Positions 13,320 to 19,320 of a stretch of DNA of 19,320 bases are shown piece after piece. The DNA lies in the IMG/VR virus record IMGVR_UViG_3300045988_032762, positions 1 to 19,320 of that record. One strand, written 5' to 3'. Positions within the stretch are counted from its first letter, which is position 1. Every line of letters starts with the position of its first letter. The translations under genes and the position numbers were made by a program. This DNA is from a virus. The notes under the pieces were generated by a model, which was given only the letters and a program-made list of their open reading frames with translations, did not search any database and was not told the origin of the DNA.

Positions 13320-14771
13320 TCATAGCATAACCAATGTACCGTAATCGTCCATGACTTGCACGCCATGCCGGAATTGCTCATACGGGATAGGTTGGGAGAA
13401 CATGCTTCCAGCCATGCAAACGTCAACTTCACCGTCATCCCTCCATCCTTGATATCGGTTCATGCCCAATATCGTGAGCTTTTCGTACTGTGCGGCGATT
13501 TTCCATTTGCCTAGCTCGGTAGGGTGGATTTCGCATGACTTCACCGGCTCCCAGCCTGACAATATGCACCCGTCCGTATTGGCATAAAGCAGTCGATCAG
13601 AGTTGGCATGGCAGACGCCCATAAGCTTACGACGCGCGTAGGCGTTGACCCATACGGGCACGGGCAGATAGTCGGTTTTCAGATTCGATTCCCCTCTCTG
13701 TGCGATATCCCAGTTCAAGGTGATACCGTCTTTTGACATGGGAAGCATGACGGCCCCTTTGGGCAGACTTGCCATTTTGCCTACGAGCGCGTTCATGATC
13801 AGTTTCGCCATTTGCCGTTTCTCGCCTGTCTCGCGTTGTTTCAGTTCCCCCCATTCGTCGATGAACGAGCGGAAAAACCCCTTGCTTTTCCGGAACCGCC
13901 ACCCCCGCACATACTTGTAAACGCTCACTTCGTAATTGTCATATAAAAGTTGCTGGTCAATATCGGTGAGCACTCTTGTAATATATCCCCTAGTGCTGGT
14001 AAGTCGATTGAGTTCATACACGCTACGATTGTCTAATAGAAAGGGGTATCCGTTTGGTTTGAGTTCGGCGCGGAACGTGAGTTCGTCGCAATGCAATGGC
14101 ATGTCATCATCCTGCTCATACTTGCCGTCATATGATTCAGGTAGCCCCCATGGGAGCCATTCATCCCGCAATATGCTCGGATACATGCTATTGCAGTCAA
14201 CGTCGATGGCCTTACCGTATGCCCCCTCTCTTGCAACCATAAATCCGCCGATATAGGCGTCATGCAGTGACTTTTTATCTTCGGGCTGCAATTGTGGGAA
14301 TTTGTCGTAAAGCCACTTCCACTCGCCGGATGCGAACGCTTCCATGCTCGCTCCACCGGCTGTGATCTTGCACAAGCCGCGCCGATCGTACTCGCGCAAA
14401 ATGTTGAGCAGTTGAGTATCGGTCATGGTGAGCTTGCAGTTTTCCCGCAAAAGATTCGAAATATCGAAAAACCGCGCGGAATTTTCGCGGTCGATACGCA
14501 CGGTAAAACTAAAAAATTTGCCCTTTTTGGACACTATCGCGTCCCAGCTCAGGTTGGCGTTATGCTCATTATGGGGGAGAGAGTGCACGACATGTGCGAT
14601 AAACGGGTCTAAAATATCGGGGTTGCTCACGTAGACGGTGAGTCTGCCGCCCGTCATGATGGACGCCAAAAGACGATTAGGCGCGGCAACGTCACGTAAT
14701 ACGGTGCCGTCCGTAAAACGGATAACGTTATCCATACACCATAATCCAACTCTATTATCACTCACCACCAT
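13320..14771 (-). CDS. Protein-primed family-B DNA polymerase (phi29 gp2-like), compact at 483 aa
   Basis: Long collinear similarity to phi29 DNA polymerase. Examples: ITAGGASMEAF vs MTAGSDSLKGF; DVDCNSMYP vs DVNSLYP; KLIMNALVGK vs KLMLNSLYGK; LYANTDG vs IYCDTDS; LGKWK vs LGYWA. Confidence 0.92.
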   Translation of the reverse strand: MVVSDNRVGLWCMDNVIRFTDGTVLRDVAAPNRLLASIMTGGRLTVYVSNPDILDPFIAHVVHSLPHNEHNANLSWDAIVSKKGKFFSFTVRIDRENSARFFDISNLLRENCKLTMTDTQLLNILREYDRRGLCKITAGGASMEAFASGEWKWLYDKFPQLQPEDKKSLHDAYIGGFMVAREGAYGKAIDVDCNSMYPSILRDEWLPWGLPESYDGKYEQDDDMPLHCDELTFRAELKPNGYPFLLDNRSVYELNRLTSTRGYITRVLTDIDQQLLYDNYEVSVYKYVRGWRFRKSKGFFRSFIDEWGELKQRETGEKRQMAKLIMNALVGKMASLPKGAVMLPMSKDGITLNWDIAQRGESNLKTDYLPVPVWVNAYARRKLMGVCHANSDRLLYANTDGCILSGWEPVKSCEIHPTELGKWKIAAQYEKLTILGMNRYQGWRDDGEVDVCMAGSMFSQPIPYEQFRHGVQVMDDYGTLVML

Positions 14772-14789
14772 AGTATATAACTTCCCTTG

Positions 14790-15860
14790 TTATTGACCGC
14801 TACTTTCCAACGCGCCCGCTTCCGCTATCCACCGGTCGAACTGCCTTCGTGAACGCTGATAGCCCTCACTGTTGCCTCGGAAAACTGAGGCGAAACCGTG
14901 CCGAACGGGGTCATACACCGTCCAGTCGAACACAATACGGGGGGCGTCTGTCTGTTCGATAAACGCTCTCTTTTGCGCTGCGGATAGGCTGCGGAATCGT
15001 TTCAATCGTTTCGAACCTAGTGAGGTGGCCAAGATTTTTTCAAAAACCTCATAACGCCGGCGACTCATGTAGGACGGCCACTCGTGCTCACCGTACAGGT
15101 CTGTACTCTTTTTGCCCGTCCCCTGTCTTTTGGACGTTTTGCGTTTCTGTTCGGTGCGCAATCCCAAGATTTCGGCTGCGTCATGCATCTGCTCAAGCAG
15201 TTCCTTACGGTGACCGCTCTCCAATTGCGATCTTACAAAAGCTTCGTCACTCAGGACGTTTGCCATTTGCAGAAAATCAGTGAGTTTCGATGGGATGATC
15301 TGAGTGCGTCCGAAACCCTCGCCGGTAGTTCCGGTGATTTCGGCCATACGCTGATCGTACACGCTACGCTGTGGCATGGCCTGTTCGCGGTTCCATTCGT
15401 TGATTTTTCGCCGTGCCGCGTTGATTTTACGCTGCTGCTGCCGTAACAGTTTGCGCCGTTTCGCGACGGGTTCCGCCTGAATCTGCGCGTCCGATATGGG
15501 CGTGCGTTGGGCAAACATAATGTCTTTTTTCGTCGGCTTTTCCACGGCGGTGGCATGATATGTGGTTGCTTTCGCTTCCGCTATGGCCTGTTTCTTCTGC
15601 CGTTCCCATTCTTTGCCCAATGTTTTCGCGATATTGACCAATTGCTTGTCGGCGGTTTTGGCGAGATTCGAGTGAGAATACGAGCCGAGTTTGCTAATGT
15701 TACGGGCGGCGCGTGCTTCCGCTGCCTGTCTTGCCTTGACGTGCTTGCGTGCCTTGCTGTCCGCCTTGATGGCTACCGTGCCGATGCCGGTATTGTGGGC
15801 GCGAGTGGTGTAGTGCTGACTTGCGACTGCTCGGGGTGATTTTCTTTGCTTGCGTGACAT
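14790..15860 (-). CDS. Candidate terminal (priming) protein
   Basis: It lies immediately upstream of the polymerase gene, as phi29 gene 3 does. It is 356 aa and strongly basic (rich in K, R, Q and A). I could see no direct similarity to phi29 TP; the call is positional. Confidence 0.5.
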   Translation of the reverse strand: MSRKQRKSPRAVASQHYTTRAHNTGIGTVAIKADSKARKHVKARQAAEARAARNISKLGSYSHSNLAKTADKQLVNIAKTLGKEWERQKKQAIAEAKATTYHATAVEKPTKKDIMFAQRTPISDAQIQAEPVAKRRKLLRQQQRKINAARRKINEWNREQAMPQRSVYDQRMAEITGTTGEGFGRTQIIPSKLTDFLQMANVLSDEAFVRSQLESGHRKELLEQMHDAAEILGLRTEQKRKTSKRQGTGKKSTDLYGEHEWPSYMSRRRYEVFEKILATSLGSKRLKRFRSLSAAQKRAFIEQTDAPRIVFDWTVYDPVRHGFASVFRGNSEGYQRSRRQFDRWIAEAGALESSGQ

Positions 15861-15927
15861 GTGCAGTCCTTAAGATGGCAAGAGCACCCAAGATTGGGTG
15901 CTCTCTATGAACGAACGCTACTTAACG

Positions 15928-15936
15928 ATTATAGCA
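15928..15936 (-). promoter_or_regulatory. Candidate promoter for the TP-polymerase genes, extended -10 TGcTATAAT
   Basis: On the minus strand CTTGCTATAATCG lies just after the SSB stop codon. A 10-bp hairpin follows (15881..15904), then the RBS AAGGA and the ATG at 15860. Confidence 0.45.
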
Positions 15937-15939
15937 AGA

Positions 15940-16374
15940 TCACTTGCTCTCTTCGTCCACCGGCTCAATGCTGAAAAACTTGAAGCCACGGCGGGAACGA
16001 CGTTCCACAACCTTGATGGCAAGCGGTGCTTCCCAAGTATTTGGTGTACCGAAGATTCCGAACATTGTATTCAATCCAGCCGCCAAAGTGGGGGAGGTGG
16101 CCGCATACGCCTTGTTGTCATCGGTAACGATGACGACACGCACGGTATTAGAGATTTCGCCCGTCTGATCGTCCGTCACCTGTACGGCCTGAGCGACGGC
16201 ATTCACCATGTTCAGTGTTTCGTTCAAATGTTCATCAAGCTTTTCAGCATTCTGCAATGCCGAGTAGAGCTTGATCTTGCCTTCGCGGGTGGAAGTGTCG
16301 ATGAAGTGCTGGACGGTGCCGAGTTCGGTGCTTTCGGTGTTGAATGCGACAAGTGCGGTGTTGGTGTTTTCCAT
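15940..16374 (-). CDS. Single-stranded DNA-binding protein, phi29 p5-like
   Basis: Starts MENTN as I recall phi29 p5 does. C-terminal KAYAATSPTLAAGL...IKVVERRSRRGFKFFSIEP resembles p5 SLYSAISKTVAEAA...VKVVQGTSSKGNVFFSLQL. It sits upstream of the TP and polymerase genes. Confidence 0.6.
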   Translation of the reverse strand: MENTNTALVAFNTESTELGTVQHFIDTSTREGKIKLYSALQNAEKLDEHLNETLNMVNAVAQAVQVTDDQTGEISNTVRVVIVTDDNKAYAATSPTLAAGLNTMFGIFGTPNTWEAPLAIKVVERRSRRGFKFFSIEPVDEESK

Positions 16375-16434
16375 GATATTACCTTCCCTTATATATTGTT
16401 GTTATTTTATTTTTCAGGCTTATGCCTAAAATCT

Positions 16435-16443
16435 TTTATATCA
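16435..16443 (-). promoter_or_regulatory. Possible promoter for the SSB gene, extended -10-like TGaTATAAA
   Basis: On the minus strand CATGTGATATAAAAG overlaps the stop codon of the upstream gene. The RBS AAGGGAAGG precedes the SSB ATG. Confidence 0.3.
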
Positions 16444-16755
16444 CATGCCATCATTATTTTCAATTTCGGCGTGTCGTTTTGTATGTTCTTCGGGGGTCCA
16501 TTCTTGCGGCTCACCGAAAGTCGCATACTTGTAAAAAGTTTCCTCATTCATGGAGACTTTTTGCGAAAAAATATTGATGGAGCGTGGAATGAAGTTAGGA
16601 AACAGTTTCTTCGCACGAATCGAATACGCGCGCTCGTCCTTAAGTCGCCCGTCGATAACATGCTCGGCTTCCATAAAATCGCCGTCAACAAGCTCCATAC
16701 CCTTGAGCACGGCATACACGCGCGTTCGAAAAATATCGGTTTTGGTTCTAGCCAA
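16441..16755 (-). CDS. Candidate dsDNA-binding, histone-like protein (phi29 p6 analogue), TTG start
   Basis: 104 aa, the length I recall for p6. It has a basic N-terminus, VDGD (p6 has VDGE) and an acidic C-terminal tail. It lies directly upstream of the SSB gene, as gene 6 precedes gene 5 in phi29. A strong GGGGAGGT RBS precedes the TTG. Confidence 0.4.
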   Translation of the reverse strand: MARTKTDIFRTRVYAVLKGMELVDGDFMEAEHVIDGRLKDERAYSIRAKKLFPNFIPRSINIFSQKVSMNEETFYKYATFGEPQEWTPEEHTKRHAEIENNDGM

Positions 16756-16757
16756 CT

Positions 16758-17276
16758 TTACCTCCCCTGTAGTAAGATTTTTTGCAATTCAACATCATTA
16801 TAACGTGTCGTATCCAGTCTGTCAAAATTTTTAAACACAGCGATAATCAGATTTTGAGCTTGTGGACTGTTAAAGACCGTGCAGCAATCATATGACGTGC
16901 ATCCTTTGACGGCGCAGACGGCGCACCATGCAATCAGATTAGGCGGGTTGATAGTACCGTCCAAATATTCCACATCATACGTGCTGGACAGGGCGGCGGA
17001 AAAACCGTCTGATATGGTCATGCTCCCGCAAATCTGCGATACGACAATTATTGCTTGCGTAAACCATGTGCTAACCCCGTCGCGCCACAATTCACACAAC
17101 ATAGCGACTGCACGGCAGCATGTCTCAAAATCACCATACCCCTTATCATACCGTTTCAAATTCAGGTCACGTTTCCGGCCTTCCGTAGCCTTGACAATAC
17201 GTGGCGATTCCATGATCGCATCATCAAACCGGCGCATACGATAAATTGGCATCCTATCATTGCCGCGGTTAAACAT
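16758..17276 (-). CDS. Cys-rich protein of unknown function (172 aa from the revised start)
   Basis: The track start (17318) has no RBS. The ATG at 17276 has GAAAGG 7 nt upstream and overlaps the stop of the upstream 58-aa ORF (ATGTTTAA). Confidence 0.65.
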   Translation of the reverse strand: MFNRGNDRMPIYRMRRFDDAIMESPRIVKATEGRKRDLNLKRYDKGYGDFETCCRAVAMLCELWRDGVSTWFTQAIIVVSQICGSMTISDGFSAALSSTYDVEYLDGTINPPNLIAWCAVCAVKGCTSYDCCTVFNSPQAQNLIIAVFKNFDRLDTTRYNDVELQKILLQGR

Positions 17277-17445
17277 AATAGCGCCTTTCGACCCTAAAAT
17301 ATGCAATATTACGTACATGTGTGGGTACAGCCGCCCACTTGCGAATCAGCTCAGCGGCCTTATCGTATGACATGGCATACCCCACTTCAATAGGGGGTTT
17401 ATCGCCATGCCTCAAATATGCAAGTGCAACAAAAGTCTCATACAT
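17269..17445 (-). CDS. Small early ORF (58 aa), below the ORF-track cutoff
   Basis: Hand translation: MYETFVALAYLRHGDKPPIEVGYAMSYDKAAELIRKWAAVPTHVRNIAYFRVERRYYV. It fills the gap between neighbouring genes with coupled stop/start junctions. Confidence 0.5.
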   Translation of the reverse strand: MYETFVALAYLRHGDKPPIEVGYAMSYDKAAELIRKWAAVPTHVRNIAYFRVERRYYV

Positions 17446-17447
17446 GA

Positions 17448-17651
17448 TTAAAATTCCAGTCCCTCACTATCAGACTCGGCACCGAGCCACCACATGTCAA
17501 ACCACAAGTCCGTACTCGGACACCGTTTCGGCGGTGTAAAAGCGTCACCCTTACGTTTCGCTCCCGCCCAAAACACACGCAAACGCCAATACACATCCGC
17601 ATAAGCGCAGTCCTTGCAAATCCACGAATGCATAAACCCACGAAAATACAT
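17448..17651 (-). CDS. Trp-rich 67-aa early protein with a CxxC motif, function unknown
   Basis: The ORF is packed tightly against its neighbours. This frame is preferred over the overlapping 17438..17641 frame because its junctions fit. Confidence 0.55.
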   Translation of the reverse strand: MYFRGFMHSWICKDCAYADVYWRLRVFWAGAKRKGDAFTPPKRCPSTDLWFDMWWLGAESDSEGLEF

Positions 17652-17653
17652 GA

Positions 17654-17899
17654 CTAATCCCTATCCAATAATGGCGTACGTGCGATATCGATAGCGTCCA
17701 ACATAAGATCAACCACCTGACTACCATCACCCGCATCATACGCACACAATGCAGTCGCATTGCAAAACCCGGCTGAAGTGCGGAATCGGACGGCATACCT
17801 CAACTCATACCGTTGACCGTGAGGACAATACCACAATCCCACATTACCCCCCACAAACTGCGAGGAAAACGTAGCAACCTTCATATCATGCTCAGCCAT
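17654..17899 (-). CDS. 81-aa early protein, function unknown
   Basis: ORF with a GAAAGG RBS, tightly packed against its neighbours. Confidence 0.6.
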   Translation of the reverse strand: MAEHDMKVATFSSQFVGGNVGLWYCPHGQRYELRYAVRFRTSAGFCNATALCAYDAGDGSQVVDLMLDAIDIARTPLLDRD

Positions 17900-17900
17900 T

Positions 17901-18068
17901 TCAAAAACCTTTCACGACAAAAACCAAAACCATAGCCACACTTACCGCAAGCATGACCAAAAAACAAAACGTGTCACGCCAATCACGCGGCAACTCGCAA
18001 AACACCGCAGCAGCCATCGTAAGAAACAGTACGGAAAGTATGCAGACGGCAACAATCATGCCCACCAT
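17901..18068 (-). CDS. Small two-TM membrane protein (55 aa), below the ORF-track cutoff
   Basis: Hand translation: MVGMIVAVCILSVLFLTMAAAVFCELPRDWRDTFCFLVMLAVSVAMVLVFVVKGF. Its ATG overlaps the upstream stop (TAATG). Two hydrophobic helices flank a charged loop. Confidence 0.6.
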   Translation of the reverse strand: MVGMIVAVCILSVLFLTMAAAVFCELPRDWRDTFCFLVMLAVSVAMVLVFVVKGF

Positions 18069-18298
18069 TATACCAACACCACCTTAACCACGCCAACCAT
18101 AGTACTATCCATGTCAAACGTGGCATTATCAATATCCACATCTACCTCCACTCCGACGTGCATATTCCTGATATAAGACAGCACCCCGTCTAACGAGGAT
18201 TTCAGAGACGCCGTGAAGAACATACCACTCGGCTTTACACAATCAGGCAGAATCTCGAAAACCTGAAAACCATCATCAGTGATAATAAAATACCACAT
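18068..18298 (-). CDS. 76-aa early protein, function unknown
   Basis: ORF with a GGAGGT RBS (18305..18310). Confidence 0.65.
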   Translation of the reverse strand: MWYFIITDDGFQVFEILPDCVKPSGMFFTASLKSSLDGVLSYIRNMHVGVEVDVDIDNATFDMDSTMVGVVKVVLV

Positions 18299-18312
18299 TT
18301 ACTTACCTCCAA

Positions 18313-18543
18313 TCAGCTCTCAACACGATTAGAGCGGTAATAGTCAATACCATTAGTAGACCGCTCAAACCTCATACGAGAAATCGTGACGCCATAATAT
18401 TTGAACAGTATGCGACGAACACGAGCTTTCGCCTCACTCAAGGTAGCGACCTCACCAAGACTGAACGTATAAACATTCTCAATATCAGTAAAAGCAACCA
18501 CAACCCAATCACGCGCCCAATCAATAGCGATAATAGTATTCAT
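18313..18543 (-). CDS. 76-aa early protein, function unknown (start revised to ATG)
   Basis: The track start is a TTG at 18558. The ATG at 18543 has a GGAGGT RBS (18551..18556) 7 nt upstream. Confidence 0.6.
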   Translation of the reverse strand: MNTIIAIDWARDWVVVAFTDIENVYTFSLGEVATLSEAKARVRRILFKYYGVTISRMRFERSTNGIDYYRSNRVES

Positions 18544-18558
18544 TTTGTCTACCTCCAA

Positions 18559-18801
18559 TCAGTGAATCAAGGCGTCGGATACCGCTTCCGCGATAGTATC
18601 CCCAGTTCCCAAGACAACGGCAGGGCTGCAATAATCAGCGTAAACGGCATAAAACACATCAACCGCGTCCACCTTACATCCATCTTCGGTAGTGCGATAG
18701 TATGGCATCTCAACCCTCTTGACGCAAGCGCGCGCCATCAATTCCCGCACACTCTCGATACTAACGACAGCTTCCTTTGCGATTTGCTTATAATTTTCCA
18801 T
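18559..18801 (-). CDS. 80-aa first gene of the right-arm early operon; its promoter, RBS and ATG come from the ITR
   Basis: The ATG at 18801..18799 is the last triplet of the right ITR. C-terminal GTGDTIAEAVSDAL loosely resembles small alpha/beta HicB-like folds. Confidence 0.7.
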   Translation of the reverse strand: MENYKQIAKEAVVSIESVRELMARACVKRVEMPYYRTTEDGCKVDAVDVFYAVYADYCSPAVVLGTGDTIAEAVSDALIH

Positions 18802-18926
18802 TTTATTTACCTCCCTTGTAGTCGATATTTTTCATTATAGCATAAACAAAACAACGACACGCCCGAAAACAAAACAACATAAAAAAGCCTCCCAGTTATT
18901 AACCGAGAGGCTTCTACTATTACCTA

Positions 18927-19127
18927 TCACGCATTCTCGAACGCTTCAATAAAATCATCATTCGGAAACGAATCACAATCGTTATAATCCTCAATGGTCA
19001 TATTATTGACCACAGCCACATGATGCAGATTCTCAACAATCATGTCAAGGTCAAAATCGTCGAGCTGCTGACCGCTGTTCATGATGTAATCTTCGACGTA
19101 ATCCTTGATGATGCTATTGTTAATCAT
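18927..19127 (-). CDS. Hyper-acidic 66-aa ITR protein (right copy, identical to 194..394)
   Basis: The translation in the ORF track is identical, and it lies inside the perfect ITR. Confidence 0.8.
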   Translation of the reverse strand: MINNSIIKDYVEDYIMNSGQQLDDFDLDMIVENLHHVAVVNNMTIEDYNDCDSFPNDDFIEAFENA

Positions 19128-19225
19128 TTTATTTTTTCCTTTCCCTTGAAGCTGATAACTACACTATAACACAAACAAAAACACGACACGCCCGAAAACA
19201 AACGACACGCCGGAAATAAAAAAAC

Positions 19226-19254
19226 TTGACAAACTGGCGCGAAAAAAATATAAT
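19226..19254 (+). promoter_or_regulatory. Outward-facing consensus promoter in the right ITR (mirror of 67..95)
   Basis: TTGACA at 19226..19231, a 17-nt spacer, TATAAT at 19249..19254. It points towards the right terminus. Confidence 0.6.
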
Positions 19255-19320
19255 AAGACAAGAAACACAACAAAGCGACAAAGACGCCACAGAACAAAAA
19301 AAAATAAAATGATTAACAAT

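Larger units (their letters stand above)
1..19320. other. Apparently complete linear phi29-like podophage genome bounded by inverted terminal repeats
   Basis: Perfect ITRs lie at both window ends. The window holds the full phi29-type gene set: protein-primed family-B DNA polymerase, gp16-like ATPase, gp10-like connector, gp9-like tail knob and gp8-like capsid with an Ig-like C-terminus. The size matches known phi29-like phages. Confidence 0.85.
18799..19320. repeat. Right inverted terminal repeat (522 bp)
   Basis: Reverse complement of 1..522. It contains an identical copy of the 66-aa ORF, both inward promoters, the terminator and the outward promoter. Confidence 0.95.

Noticed and set aside
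13256-13438. 60-aa minus-strand ORF overlapping the polymerase 3' end and running into the non-coding gap.
   Set aside because: It is out of frame with the well-supported polymerase C-terminus, has no RBS and has Cys/Trp-rich junk-like composition. The region is better explained as the polymerase end plus a non-coding RNA or UTR.
15881-15904. 10-bp hairpin (AGAGCACCCA/TGGGTGCTCT) as an intrinsic terminator between the SSB and TP genes.
   Set aside because: No U-tract follows on either strand. It is more likely a 5' UTR or stability element. It is noted under the 15928 promoter feature rather than called a terminator.
17438-17641. Alternative 67-aa minus-strand frame overlapping 17448..17651. 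The 17551..17796 ORF is a similar case.
   Set aside because: The 17448..17651 and 17654..17899 frames give clean stop/start junctions with their neighbours and more protein-like composition. The overlapping frames would break the coupled gene chain.
1-19320. Circular or terminally redundant genome (direct terminal repeats); prophage or integrative element.
   Set aside because: The ends are inverted, not direct, repeats. No integrase, repressor, att-like direct repeats or flanking host genes are present.

Overview
This window appears to be a complete linear genome of about 19.3 kb from a phi29-like (Picovirinae/Salasmaviridae-type) podophage that replicates by protein priming. It is bounded by perfect 522-bp inverted terminal repeats (ITRs; 1..522 = reverse complement of 18799..19320). 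Between the ITRs, almost every gene is on the minus strand in one collinear series. From right to left these are: about 9 small early ORFans; a replication module in phi29 gene order (p6-like, p5-like SSB, candidate terminal protein, family-B DNA polymerase); a 227-bp non-coding gap; the structural genes (scaffold, capsid with Ig-like C-terminus, tail knob, connector, lower collar, three tail-fibre genes, tail peptidoglycan hydrolase); the gp16-like packaging ATPase; then holin and endolysin. Only two genes in the left arm read on the plus strand. Calls rest on reading the translations against remembered phi29 sequences and motifs; no searches were run.

Observations worth follow-up:
- Each ITR is a full expression cassette encoding a hyper-acidic 66-aa protein, a candidate DNA mimic. 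The ITR ends exactly after the ATG of two different flanking genes.
- A perfect consensus TTGACA-17-TATAAT promoter faces outward, about 66 bp from each terminus.
- The terminal 22 nt are an inverted copy of the start region of the ITR gene.
- A GGCGTGTCGT motif overlaps the -35 position of the ITR promoters and has one extra internal copy.
- A unit of about 165 nt, bounded by a promoter and a terminator between the polymerase and scaffold genes, is a candidate packaging RNA (pRNA).
- The polymerase is compact (483 aa), has no ExoI DxE motif, and has atypical polymerase motifs B and C.
- Three consecutive tail-fibre genes share one N-terminal adaptor motif; the largest carries an SGNH esterase domain.
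- Two small early ORFs fall below the 60-aa cutoff of the ORF track.

No tRNA, CRISPR array, integrase or lysogeny module was seen.
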